Translations under genes and position numbers: made by a program | Source: Phycisphaerae bacterium | GTDB taxonomy: Bacteria; Planctomycetota; Phycisphaerae; UBA1845 | Reading direction: 5' to 3' | Length of the DNA stretch: 64,000 nt | Assembly: GCA_963666835.2 (NCBI GenBank) | Contig: CAXXGO010000006.1 | Location: 2,464,001-2,528,000, forward strand | Shown here: in pieces, positions 9,203-18,429 of the stretch | Position numbering within the stretch: position 1 is the first letter of the stretch | How the letters are laid out: the number at the start of each line of letters is the position of its first letter | The notes under the pieces: model-generated | Database searches by the model: none | Told to the model about the DNA's origin: nothing | Seen by the model: only the letters and a program-made list of their open reading frames with translations

Positions 9203-10246
9203 TCACACCTCGATTACTTCGATCCGGTCCATTCTGGCGATTCCCAGTCCGCGAGCCCCGGCCGTGGCGATGTGCCGGGGTGGGCGGCCTTCCTCTGCCA
9301 GGCTTCGAAGTCCCGCTTCGGCCCGCTTGGACTCGAGAAGCGCGGCCGCCACTGCGTCAGTTGCGACGAAGTCCGATCCGACGATCAAACCGCAGAAGTG
9401 CCACGCAAAGCCAGGATGTCGGCCGGGTCCGGCATGGTACTGTGCGCGAGTGCCGTCGCACACGGTCAGGCGCCACTTGGGCGCGATGAACCGGTGAGAG
9501 ACAACATCTGCGACGAAGGGGTCGCAGTTGCTCGCGTGGTATTTGTTGGGGTTGTGGATAGCCCCGAAGAAATTCTTCATTCCAAGAGATACGCCGGCTA
9601 AGTTGTGGTCTTTAAGAACCGGCACACAGATGAGCGTGTCCACCTGCTCGGCAACGATACGCGAGAAGCACGAGCCGATCTGTCCGGAGCTTTCGATTTC
9701 CCGCTGGTATCCACTTCCGATGGCGTCTGCGTCGGTGCCGAAGCACCGTGATCCACCGGTCGACTTGTTCAGCCGGAAGCCGGCGTTGAGGAGTTCCACA
9801 TCGAAGCGATCCCAGATGATGATGTTCTCGGCGCGTACGTCCGCGCTTCGTAAGCCGGCGACAATTGCATCCACCACCGCGGGCTGAGTCGAGAGGCCCA
9901 GCGTGTTTACCTTGATTCCGATGCGATTGGTCGGCTGGAAGAACTTTCGCCATGCGGTGCGGGGGTCGGAAGTTGCGGCGAGACGCTGCATGCCTGCGTC
10001 AAGGAGGCCGCGAAGCACTCCGCGGTGCTCCGATACCACGCCCTTGGTTAGTGCGTCATCTCGGGCAACCACGACTCGTGCAGAGGGTTCTGCTCCATGG
10101 CTCTGACCGAAGGCTACGGCTGGGTATGCGGCAAGTGCGGCTCCCGTTCGGGAGATGAACTCACGGCGAGTCAACTTCCTGAGCCCGGACGATTCCCCGT
10201 CCGGGCGAGCGTACGTTGCGCAGGTGGAGCCCATTGCCACGATCAA
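9203..10246 (-). CDS. DUF362 domain protein with putative Tat signal
   Basis: IGIKVN, VPVLKDH..AGVSLGMKNFFG and DFVATDA motifs. TRREFI followed by a hydrophobic stretch and AFG cleavage-like site. Overlaps the upstream gene by ATGA. Confidence 0.85.
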   Translation of the reverse strand: MIVAMGSTCATYARPDGESSGLRKLTRREFISRTGAALAAYPAVAFGQSHGAEPSARVVVARDDALTKGVVSEHRGVLRGLLDAGMQRLAATSDPRTAWRKFFQPTNRIGIKVNTLGLSTQPAVVDAIVAGLRSADVRAENIIIWDRFDVELLNAGFRLNKSTGGSRCFGTDADAIGSGYQREIESSGQIGSCFSRIVAEQVDTLICVPVLKDHNLAGVSLGMKNFFGAIHNPNKYHASNCDPFVADVVSHRFIAPKWRLTVCDGTRAQYHAGPGRHPGFAWHFCGLIVGSDFVATDAVAAALLESKRAEAGLRSLAEEGRPPRHIATAGARGLGIARMDRIEVIEV

Positions 10247-11745
10247 TGCTCACCGAACACTTCCGCCTCGAAACACTCGATTCGTGCGCGAGCGTCCTTC
10301 CATGCGTCCGGCGGCAGCCCCGCCTTACGGCAGGTGTGTTCCAGGAACTCCTCGCGCGACCAACCTCGTTCGTACGCAACCTGTGGAAGCAGAACGCCAC
10401 GGTTATATCCCAGAGTGATTAACAGGCCGTGACGCCCGACAATGATGTCGTTGGGATCGTCCACCGGCTTCATCGGAGTCAGGTAGCTGATTTCGATATC
10501 CAACTCGTCCAGCTCTGTCGCTGTTACCGGGTCTGTAATGAACCGGCGGTCTTGGCAGGCGGATACGGCGTTATGTACGACCGCGTCGACGAGGGGGCCG
10601 GTTGCCTCCATGTTTCCGATGCAGCCCCGCAGCCGACCGTGATTCTGCAGCGTCACAAAGCAAGCACCGTCGCGCTGAACCACGGCCGGGAGGTCCTCGG
10701 GGATAACATCGGGCGTTGTCTTGTTGGTCAGGTAGGAAGTGACCGTCTGCCGGGCAAGCCGAAGGAGGGCCTTGCGTTCATTGTTTCCCAACGTTCCGGG
10801 TCTTCTGGTGAACACGATAGAATAGTAACTTACGCTGTTACTCCAGTCTCCGGTCATCTGGCCGGACGTGTCGAACGCTGCCTTAACGCCTTCGGCACCG
10901 CCACCCAACGAGAGAATCCGCAAGAGCAACAGAATCGCGTTGCGTCCGCAGACGGTGTCGCCCGTCTCGTCCAAATGAGCGGTGAAGCCGTCGAAATCGG
11001 CAAGAAGGAGCGGCTTTGCCGCCTTGTCGGCCAGCTCTCGCAGTTTGGCGGGGATGTTCTCATGGAACGGCTGATAGCCGAACCGCGGGCCGAAATGAGT
11101 GAAATCGCTGCTGGCAACCAGAAGGGTATCGTCGTTCACGAGGGGGGCGATTGCCTTGGCCGCGGCGGTGTAACTCTCGGGCGTCATCCTCCCAACCAAT
11201 AGCGGGACAAGTTGAAACTCGCCCAACGTCCGCTGCAAAAAGGGCAGTTGCAATTCGAGGGAGTGCTCTCCGCGTTCCGCTTCCGGCTTGGAAAGGAACT
11301 CGCGATTCGCCAGGAGCAGGTCGCAAGCCTTCCGGTCGATCGGGACAATCCCGAGAGGTGTCTCGTAACCGGTCAGTGCCTGCGGCACTTCCACTCCATC
11401 GTATCGACTGGCGTATTGATGGCTTAAGGCCAGCACTATTACCCGGCGATACTCGTGCCCGCGAAGGTATCGGTAGCCATGTGCCGCTACCGGGGCACTA
11501 AACCGATATCCGGCATGGGGTGAGATAACGGCCACCGGTTTTGCCGCAGTGGATGGGCCTGATGAGTCGTGCAGAAGCTCGTCCACTTGTTTGGCCAGGT
11601 TCTCGCGATCGCCGGGGTACCAGCTCCCCGCGCATTGGGCGGGTCTGGTGGTGGCGTTTTCTCCTGCGATACCGATTTGTTCCGAAGCAGCCATGGCGGT
11701 TGTTATTCCGATAACGGCTGGCCAGAAATATCTGCCCGATCTCAT
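10243..11745 (-). CDS. amrB: Fused AmmeMemoRadiSam protein B (MEMO1-like) and protein A (AMMECR1-like), with signal-like N-terminus
   Basis: MEMO motifs AGSWYP, PHAGYRFS, EHSLELQLPFLQ, ASSDFTHFG and TVCG. AMMECR1 motifs ACFVTL...LRGCIG, DRRF and GVLLPQVA...CRKAGL. Confidence 0.92.
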   Translation of the reverse strand: MRSGRYFWPAVIGITTAMAASEQIGIAGENATTRPAQCAGSWYPGDRENLAKQVDELLHDSSGPSTAAKPVAVISPHAGYRFSAPVAAHGYRYLRGHEYRRVIVLALSHQYASRYDGVEVPQALTGYETPLGIVPIDRKACDLLLANREFLSKPEAERGEHSLELQLPFLQRTLGEFQLVPLLVGRMTPESYTAAAKAIAPLVNDDTLLVASSDFTHFGPRFGYQPFHENIPAKLRELADKAAKPLLLADFDGFTAHLDETGDTVCGRNAILLLLRILSLGGGAEGVKAAFDTSGQMTGDWSNSVSYYSIVFTRRPGTLGNNERKALLRLARQTVTSYLTNKTTPDVIPEDLPAVVQRDGACFVTLQNHGRLRGCIGNMEATGPLVDAVVHNAVSACQDRRFITDPVTATELDELDIEISYLTPMKPVDDPNDIIVGRHGLLITLGYNRGVLLPQVAYERGWSREEFLEHTCRKAGLPPDAWKDARARIECFEAEVFGEH

Positions 11746-11966
11746 TTCGGCACCTCGCGTGGGACGCTTTGGAGTATACAGGAATCTCTCTGCATGACGA
11801 CTATGATGCCCATATCTTACTGAGAGCCCGGTGGTTCCGCGAGTGGCCGCCGGTTCTTCCGTGGGCGCTGTTCGGCTTTTAACGGGCGGCGCATGTTGCG
11901 TCTCTGGCCCGATTGGCAGCGGCTAGATGCGCGGATGCCGTGCCCAAAGACTCCGGTCATCTGTTT

Positions 11967-11992
11967 CATCCTCCGGAGAGAACCGGAGGATG
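11967..11992. other. Perfect 10-bp hairpin upstream of the pilus locus
   Basis: CATCCTCCGG-N6-CCGGAGGATG in the divergent intergenic region. Function unknown. Confidence 0.5.
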
Positions 11993-12173
11993 GGGCTACT
12001 GCGGGGGTGAACCGGCCGTGCCGGTCGGGTCGGTTGCAGCTTCGGTTGAAGTGTCCGACCTTCCTCACTAGAATCTCAGGCTGCTCGCGCCTCGCCCCCG
12101 GGGCTTGGCTGGTGTCGGCCCGTGTCGACACGACGCGGGGGAGGCTGGTGCCCAACGGCGGACTGAAGTCTGT

Positions 12174-13883
12174 ATGGCTAAGAAGAGGAAGAAAATCGGC
12201 GAGATCCTGGTCGGTTGGAATATCGTTGACGAAGAAGCGGTTACGGAAGCGCTGGCTTACGGCATGGAGCACAACAAGCGCATTGGTGAGGCGCTGGTTG
12301 AGCTGGAGCGGTGCAGCGAAGACGATGTCGCCAAGGCGCTCGGGGTTCAGTTTGGGCTGGAATATGTCGACCTTGAGAAGGAGCGCATTGGCCGCGACAT
12401 TGTAAGCCTCATTCCGTCGAAGATCATCGAAGACTACTCGGTCTTGCCCTTGGCTGAAGAGGGCGGGCAACTGAAGGTAATCATCACTGATCCACTTGAC
12501 CTGGAGACTCTGGATCTGCTGCGTTTCCGCCTGAATCGCGAGATCGTTCCGGTTCTGGCCGCCCCCGCCAAGGTTAAACGTTTCATCGAGAAATTCGTCA
12601 ATCTTGATGGTGATGTGCTGTCGCAAACGATGGCCAGCATCGACCAGGAGGCACCGGAAGAAGACGCGGAGGTGATCGGCGACGTCAAGGACGAGGACTC
12701 GGATGCTCCGATTATTCGGCTGGTTAACCTGCTTATTACCGAGGCTGTTCATGGGCGCGCCAGCGATATTCACATTGAGCCTATGAGTGATCGGGTGCGG
12801 GTCCGCTACCGTATCGACGGGGTCTGCCAGGTCCGCGACGACATTCCCAAGAACATGCAGGCGGCGGTCATTACTCGTTTCAAGATTATGGCGGGGATCG
12901 ATATTGCGGAGCGGCGTATTCCGCAAGACGGTCGAATCAAGATGCGGATCGGAGGCGGTCAGATTGACTTCCGGGTGAGCTCCTGCCCCGCCTACCACGG
13001 CGAGAGTATCGTATTGCGTATTCTCCGTCCGGAATCGGCGGCGACCGGTATTCCGGCATTGGGGTTTGCCGAAGACGACTACAAGCGTTTTACCGAGATC
13101 ATCCGGCGTCCCACCGGGATTTTCCTGGTGACCGGACCGACCGGTTCCGGGAAGACGACGACTCTGTACGCGGCGCTGCAGGAGTTGAACCGCCCGGACG
13201 TTAAGATCATCACCGCCGAGGATCCGGTTGAGTACAACTTCACCGGTATGAACCAGTGCCAGGTCCGCGAGGAGATTAATCTGACCTTTGCGAGGATTCT
13301 CCGGGCGATGTTGCGTCAGGCGCCCAATATCATTCTCGTGGGAGAGATTCGAGACCGTGAGGTGGGCGATGTTGCCATTCAGGCGGCACTCACTGGTCAC
13401 TTGGTGTTCAGCACTCTGCACACTAACGATGCTCCTTCGGCCATCACCCGCTTGATCGACATGGGGGTCAAGCCGTTTCTGATCGCCAGCGCGATTCAGG
13501 CGGTTATGGCTCAGCGTTTGATTCGTGTGATATGTCCCGAATGTAAGGTCGTGGACCCGAACCCGGACCCGCGGACGTTGAAGCTGCTTGACTTCACGGA
13601 AGAGGAGCTGGCCGGACAGACCATCTACAAGGGGGCCGGCTGTAAGCGCTGTCGCGGCACGGGTTATCGCGGACGTCTGGGCATCTTTGAGATGTTCACG
13701 ATGAACAACGAGCTTCGCGATTTGGCGTTCCGCAAGGCCACGGCGAGCGAGTTGCGGGTAGCGGCCAGGGCTTCGGGGATGCGCACGCTCCTGGCGGACG
13801 GAAAGCTCAAGATCCTCAAAGGGATTACCACCCCGGATGACCTTCTCCGGGTGACGCAGGCGGAAGGGCTAGCACTGGATTAG
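12174..13883 (+). CDS. pilB: PilB/GspE family assembly ATPase, paralogue 1
   Basis: MshEN-like N-terminus, ASDIHIEP, DIAERRIPQDGR, Walker A GPTGSGKTTT, EDPVE, LRQAPNIILVGEIRD, TLHTND and a tetracysteine zinc site. Confidence 0.93.
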   Translation: MAKKRKKIGEILVGWNIVDEEAVTEALAYGMEHNKRIGEALVELERCSEDDVAKALGVQFGLEYVDLEKERIGRDIVSLIPSKIIEDYSVLPLAEEGGQLKVIITDPLDLETLDLLRFRLNREIVPVLAAPAKVKRFIEKFVNLDGDVLSQTMASIDQEAPEEDAEVIGDVKDEDSDAPIIRLVNLLITEAVHGRASDIHIEPMSDRVRVRYRIDGVCQVRDDIPKNMQAAVITRFKIMAGIDIAERRIPQDGRIKMRIGGGQIDFRVSSCPAYHGESIVLRILRPESAATGIPALGFAEDDYKRFTEIIRRPTGIFLVTGPTGSGKTTTLYAALQELNRPDVKIITAEDPVEYNFTGMNQCQVREEINLTFARILRAMLRQAPNIILVGEIRDREVGDVAIQAALTGHLVFSTLHTNDAPSAITRLIDMGVKPFLIASAIQAVMAQRLIRVICPECKVVDPNPDPRTLKLLDFTEEELAGQTIYKGAGCKRCRGTGYRGRLGIFEMFTMNNELRDLAFRKATASELRVAARASGMRTLLADGKLKILKGITTPDDLLRVTQAEGLALD

Positions 13884-13899
13884 GCGTATTGTGGTTCGA

Positions 13900-13946
13900 A
13901 TGCCGACCGGCGGTTGGGTCGACTAGGCGTCGGTGGCATGGTTTTT
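13900..13946 (+). terminator. Possible stem-loop followed by a T run between pilB1 and pilT
   Basis: Imperfect stem ATGCCGACCG...CGGTGGCAT followed by GGTTTTT. Confidence 0.3.
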
Positions 13947-13986
13947 GGGGCACTCCGAACGGTAGGGGGGGCCGGGAAACGATTTA

Positions 13987-15114
13987 ATGGCGACACTACA
14001 CATTGACCGTTTGTTGGAGACGGTGGTCAAGCAGGGGGCGTCGGATTTGCACCTGACCGTGGGACGCCCGCCGGTTCTCCGGCTGTCTCACCATCTTCGC
14101 TCGCTGGAGACCAAGGTTCTCACTCCGGAAGACACCGTGGCGCTTATGAAGGCGATTACTCCGGAGCGGAACCAGCAGGAACTCCAGGAAGAGGGGGGAA
14201 CCGACTTCGGCTTTGCCTTCGGCGACGCCGGTCGTTTTCGAGTGGCGATCTTCAAGCAGAAGGGCAACATAGCGATCGTGCTTCGTCTTCTTCCTTCGAA
14301 GTTCATGTCGTTTGAGGAAATCGGTTTGCCGCCGGTGTGCCGGGGTCTATGCCGCCGACCTCGCGGTATCTTCCTGGTGACGGGGCCGACCGGGTCGGGG
14401 AAGACCACGACTCTGGCGACGATGATCGATTACATCAACAAGGAGCTCGACCGCCATATCGTGACGATCGAGGATCCGATCGAGTACTATCACTCGCATC
14501 AGAAATCACTGATTAACCAACGATCCGTCGGCGTGGATGTGCCCAGCTTCGAGGAGGCTTTGCGTCGTTCCTTGCGGCAGGATCCGGATGTCATTTTCGT
14601 CGGTGAGCTGCGTGACTTGGAGACGATTGAGTCGGCGATTCGCGCTGCGGAAACCGGCCACTTGGTGTTCAGCACGCTGCACACCACGGGGTGTCAGGGT
14701 ACGATCACCCGAGTTGCAGACGCGTTTCCTCCCAACCAGCAGGAGCAGATTCGGGTCCAGCTTTCGACGAACCTGATCGCAACCATCTCCCAGGTGTTGT
14801 TGCCCAGAATCCCCAAGGGCATGGTGGCGGCGTACGAGTTCATGGTAACGACCCCGGCTATTGCCAACCTGATCCGCGAGAACAAGGTTTATCGAATCGA
14901 CTCGGCGATTCAGACCGGAAAGAAGTTCGGCATGCAGTTGCTGGACGACCACTTGTGGGAGCTTTTCGAAAAAGGTCTGATCTCGGACGAAGACGCGGTC
15001 GACTGCTCGAAGAACGCCGGCCGAATGCAGGATCGGATCGATTCCCATCGCCGCGGCAAAGATACCGGCAAGATTGGCGATGACGAGGAACGGTCAGTTT
15101 TGAGGACATCATGA
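13987..15114 (+). CDS. pilT: Type IV pilus retraction ATPase PilT
   Basis: GASDLHL start with no long N-domain, GPTGSGKTTT, IEDPIE, LRQDPD, AAETGHLV.STLHT, and AIANLIRE (AIRNLIRE variant). Confidence 0.95.
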   Translation: MATLHIDRLLETVVKQGASDLHLTVGRPPVLRLSHHLRSLETKVLTPEDTVALMKAITPERNQQELQEEGGTDFGFAFGDAGRFRVAIFKQKGNIAIVLRLLPSKFMSFEEIGLPPVCRGLCRRPRGIFLVTGPTGSGKTTTLATMIDYINKELDRHIVTIEDPIEYYHSHQKSLINQRSVGVDVPSFEEALRRSLRQDPDVIFVGELRDLETIESAIRAAETGHLVFSTLHTTGCQGTITRVADAFPPNQQEQIRVQLSTNLIATISQVLLPRIPKGMVAAYEFMVTTPAIANLIRENKVYRIDSAIQTGKKFGMQLLDDHLWELFEKGLISDEDAVDCSKNAGRMQDRIDSHRRGKDTGKIGDDEERSVLRTS

Positions 15115-16895
15115 GCGAACCGAAAGCCAGTACGCCGAAAGCGGGCGGGACCCGCAAGGCACCGTCGATTGAGCAGCTTCGCGGACGCCAGATCGGACGC
15201 ATTCTGATCAAGATGGGCAAGCTCAAGCGAACCCAGGTTCACGAGGCGCTCGAGATCCAGAAAGAGCAACGGGGTCCGCTCGGCGCGATTCTCGTCGAGT
15301 TGGGATATATCACCGAGGAGGATCTGACCCACGCCCTCGCGGCCCAAAGCGGGATGGAGTTCGTGGACGTTGCGAAGATGGACATCCCGGAAGACGTCAT
15401 TGCGCTGATGAACGTGCAGATGGCGATGACCTATCGGGTAGTCCCGTTCAACCGCGATCCGGAGACGAATGAGGTCTCGATCGTGATGGACAGCGCGGAC
15501 AACTTCCTGGCCGCAGACGATTTGCAGACTTTGCTGGGTTGTCGGATCAAGTGTTTTCTCAGCAGTCCCGCCGATCTGCAGAAAGCGCTTGACCGGTACT
15601 ATCCGGAAGGAGATCAGGAGTCGATTACCGGGCTGATCGGCGAATTGACCGAAGACAGCGATCTCGCCAAGTTCGAGGGCCGCGGCGACAGTATCGACTT
15701 AGCCGAGCTTAAGGAGATGGCCGATCTTAACCCGGTCAAGAAGCTGCTTAACCTTGTGCTCCTGCAGGCGATCAAGGACAAGGCCAGCGATATCCACTTT
15801 GAGCCGTTCGAAGACGAGTTCAAGATGCGCTATCGTATCGACGGCGTATTGTACGAGATGGTGCCCCCTCCACGGTACATTGCTCTGGCGATTTCGTCCC
15901 GCGTTAAGGTCATGGCGAACCTGGATATCGCGGAGCGGCGTTTGCCTCAGGACGGTCGTATTGAGCTGCAGCTCAAGGGGGCGCCGATCGACTTGCGTGT
16001 GGCGGTATTGCCGACCATGTTCGGGGAGAGCGTCGTATTGCGAGTGCTCGACCGTTCCAACGTGCAGTTGCGGCTCGATCGCCTGGGTCTGCGGGACGAC
16101 GAGCTGAACGCGTTCCGGCAGCTAATGCGTAAACCGAACGGGATTATCGTTAACACCGGGCCCACCGGGTCGGGGAAGACGACTACTCTTTACGCGGCTT
16201 TGCAGGAGCTTAACGATCCCGAAGTGAAGATCCTGACCGCCGAAGACCCGGTGGAGTACGATATTGACGGCTTGGTTCAGGTACAGATTCGGACGGAAGT
16301 CGGTTTGACCTTCGCTCGGGCGTTGCGCAGTTTCTTGCGTCAGGACCCGGATATTATTCTGGTCGGAGAGATCCGAGACCTGGAGACCGCGCAGATCAGC
16401 GTGCAGGCATCGTTGACCGGACACCTGGTATTCACGACGCTCCACACGAACGACGCGCCTTCGTCTGTGGCTCGTTTGGTGGATTTGGGGCTTGAGACCT
16501 TCCTTCTTACAGCGACAGTGGAGGCTATCATCGCTCAGCGGCTGGTCCGAAGGGTGTGTACGAACTGCAAGAAGGAGTACAAGCCGACGGAAGACCAATT
16601 GATGCAGCTCAACCTCCGCCCGGAGGACGTCGGTGATCGGTACTTCTGCTACGGCGAGGGGTGCGAGTACTGCAACAACACAGGCTATCGCGGCCGAACG
16701 GGGTTGTACGAGTGCATGGTCATGACCGACCCTCTACGCGAGCTCATCATGAAGGACGCGTCTACTGCGGTTCTTCGTCGAGAGGCGGTCAAGAATGGCA
16801 TGCGGCAACTTCGCGATGCGGGTCTGTTGGCCATTTTTGACGGGATCACCTCGCTGGACGAAGTGGTCAAGGAAACGGTTATGGAAGAGGCGTAG
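15111..16895 (+). CDS. pilB: PilB/GspE family assembly ATPase, paralogue 2
   Basis: MshEN-like N-terminus, ASDIHFEP, LDIAERRLPQDGR, Walker A/B, His box and CxxC...CxxC. Confidence 0.93.
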   Translation: MSEPKASTPKAGGTRKAPSIEQLRGRQIGRILIKMGKLKRTQVHEALEIQKEQRGPLGAILVELGYITEEDLTHALAAQSGMEFVDVAKMDIPEDVIALMNVQMAMTYRVVPFNRDPETNEVSIVMDSADNFLAADDLQTLLGCRIKCFLSSPADLQKALDRYYPEGDQESITGLIGELTEDSDLAKFEGRGDSIDLAELKEMADLNPVKKLLNLVLLQAIKDKASDIHFEPFEDEFKMRYRIDGVLYEMVPPPRYIALAISSRVKVMANLDIAERRLPQDGRIELQLKGAPIDLRVAVLPTMFGESVVLRVLDRSNVQLRLDRLGLRDDELNAFRQLMRKPNGIIVNTGPTGSGKTTTLYAALQELNDPEVKILTAEDPVEYDIDGLVQVQIRTEVGLTFARALRSFLRQDPDIILVGEIRDLETAQISVQASLTGHLVFTTLHTNDAPSSVARLVDLGLETFLLTATVEAIIAQRLVRRVCTNCKKEYKPTEDQLMQLNLRPEDVGDRYFCYGEGCEYCNNTGYRGRTGLYECMVMTDPLRELIMKDASTAVLRREAVKNGMRQLRDAGLLAIFDGITSLDEVVKETVMEEA

Positions 16896-16986
16896 AGGGC
16901 TGGACTTTTCGGTCGCGTTGCCGACCGAACCAGCCGAGTTCTCGTGCTGCCGCAGCGGATGGCAGAAGTCTTGAAGGGGTTTTTAC

Positions 16987-18234
16987 GTGGCAACATTCGC
17001 ATACGAGGCGATGAACCAGGCCGGCCAGGAGGTCAAGGACGAGATCGAAGCGATCTCGACCGAAGACGCTCTGGCGAAGATTCGCGGTCTGGGGTATTTC
17101 CCCACGCGTATTCGGGAGAAGGGTGCCGCCAAGGCCAAGGCGGCAACCGGCAAGAAGAAGTCCGGCGGGTTCTCGATCGGCCGGGTCTCTGCAAAGGCCT
17201 GCACCCAGTTCACCCGTCAGCTTTCCACCTTGCAGGATGCCGGGTTGCCGATTCTGCGGAGCTTGACCATCCTCGAGGAGCAGCAGAAGCCGGGAATCCT
17301 CAAGAACACCCTGCGGTCGGTGGCGGAGGACATCGAAGGTGGTTCGACGTTGTCGGAGGCTTTTGCCAAGCACCCGAAGGCTTTTGACCGCCTGTATGTG
17401 AACATGGTGGCGGCCGGCGAGAGCGGTGGTGTTTTGGACACCATCCTTTTGCGGCTGGCGGACTTCATGGAGAAGGGGCAGAAGCTGAAGCGGAAGATCG
17501 TCGGGGCGATGATCTATCCCGCGGCCATTATGACCTTCGCGGTCGGTATCGTGTCCGGTATCATGATATTCGTCATCCCGAAGTTCAAGGAGATCTTCCT
17601 GGACTTCGATACGGCTCTTCCGGCTATTACGATGGTGTTGCTGAATTTCGCGGACTGGTTCACGGGCGGGATGCCGCCGGGCTGGGCGGTGTTGATCTTC
17701 GGCCCTTTGGGGATCTGGTTCCTTTTCAAGTTGATACGCTCGTCGAAAGGGGGACGCTACGCGGTGGATTATGTCTCCGTCAAAATCCCCGGATTGGGCA
17801 CCCTTGTGCAGAAGACGACTATCGCCAGGTTCACTCGTACCCTTGGGACGCTGGTGGCTGCGGGTGTGCCTATTCTCGAGGCGATCAACATCACGAAGGA
17901 AACGTCCGGCAACGAAGTGTATGCCCGGGCTCTGGAGGCGGTGCACAACTCCATCCGGGAGGGTGAGAGTTTTGCGGCACCCTTGCGAGCTGCCGGCGTA
18001 TGCGATGCCCTGGTGGTCAATATGATCGACGTCGGGGAAGAGACCGGAGAGCTGGACAAAATGCTCCTTAAGATCGCGGACAACTACGAGGAGGAGGTCG
18101 ACGTCGCCGTTGGCGGCTTGGTATCTCTGCTCGAACCGTTGATGGTCATCGGGCTTGGAAGTGTGGTCGGCTTCATTGTCATGGCGTTATTCATGCCGCT
18201 GGTGTCGCTGATGCAGGGTGTGGGAGGCGGATAG
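16987..18234 (+). CDS. pilC: Type IV pilus/T2SS inner-membrane platform protein PilC/GspF
   Basis: FTRQLSTLQDAGLP, AGESGGVLD, AMIYP, VGEETGELDKML and LLEP motifs, with three predicted TM segments. Confidence 0.95.
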   Translation: MATFAYEAMNQAGQEVKDEIEAISTEDALAKIRGLGYFPTRIREKGAAKAKAATGKKKSGGFSIGRVSAKACTQFTRQLSTLQDAGLPILRSLTILEEQQKPGILKNTLRSVAEDIEGGSTLSEAFAKHPKAFDRLYVNMVAAGESGGVLDTILLRLADFMEKGQKLKRKIVGAMIYPAAIMTFAVGIVSGIMIFVIPKFKEIFLDFDTALPAITMVLLNFADWFTGGMPPGWAVLIFGPLGIWFLFKLIRSSKGGRYAVDYVSVKIPGLGTLVQKTTIARFTRTLGTLVAAGVPILEAINITKETSGNEVYARALEAVHNSIREGESFAAPLRAAGVCDALVVNMIDVGEETGELDKMLLKIADNYEEEVDVAVGGLVSLLEPLMVIGLGSVVGFIVMALFMPLVSLMQGVGGG

Positions 18235-18340
18235 GCCGCGAGATCGGGATTGATGAGACTTGCGTAAGGCGGTTCCGGATTGCCGGCCGGGATCGGGGGG
18301 GATTCTCAGGTTGCCGGCGCCGGTCGTGAGTTGCGGTGCC

Positions 18341-18346
18341 TATAAT
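18341..18346 (+). promoter_or_regulatory. Possible -10 box (TATAAT) upstream of the pilin cluster
   Basis: Perfect TATAAT in a GC-rich intergenic gap about 90 bp before 18430. No convincing -35 box. Confidence 0.4.
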
Positions 18347-18429
18347 CAACGGGATGTAACCCGGAAAACTGCATTGGGCGAATCAGGCGGAGTTCACCAT
18401 CGGGCGTCCGGCGAGGAGTAAACGGTGTT

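Noticed and set aside
11915..12050. c-di-GMP-I riboswitch upstream of pilB (CAAAGACTCCGGTC resembles part of the motif)
   Set aside because: The GGCAAAC stem, GNRA tetraloop and CCTAA receptor elements are not present. An Infernal/Rfam scan would settle it.
11817..13421. 534-aa minus-strand ORF and similar antisense ORFs over the pilus genes
   Set aside because: These are antisense shadows of well-supported genes in GC-rich DNA and have no motifs of their own.
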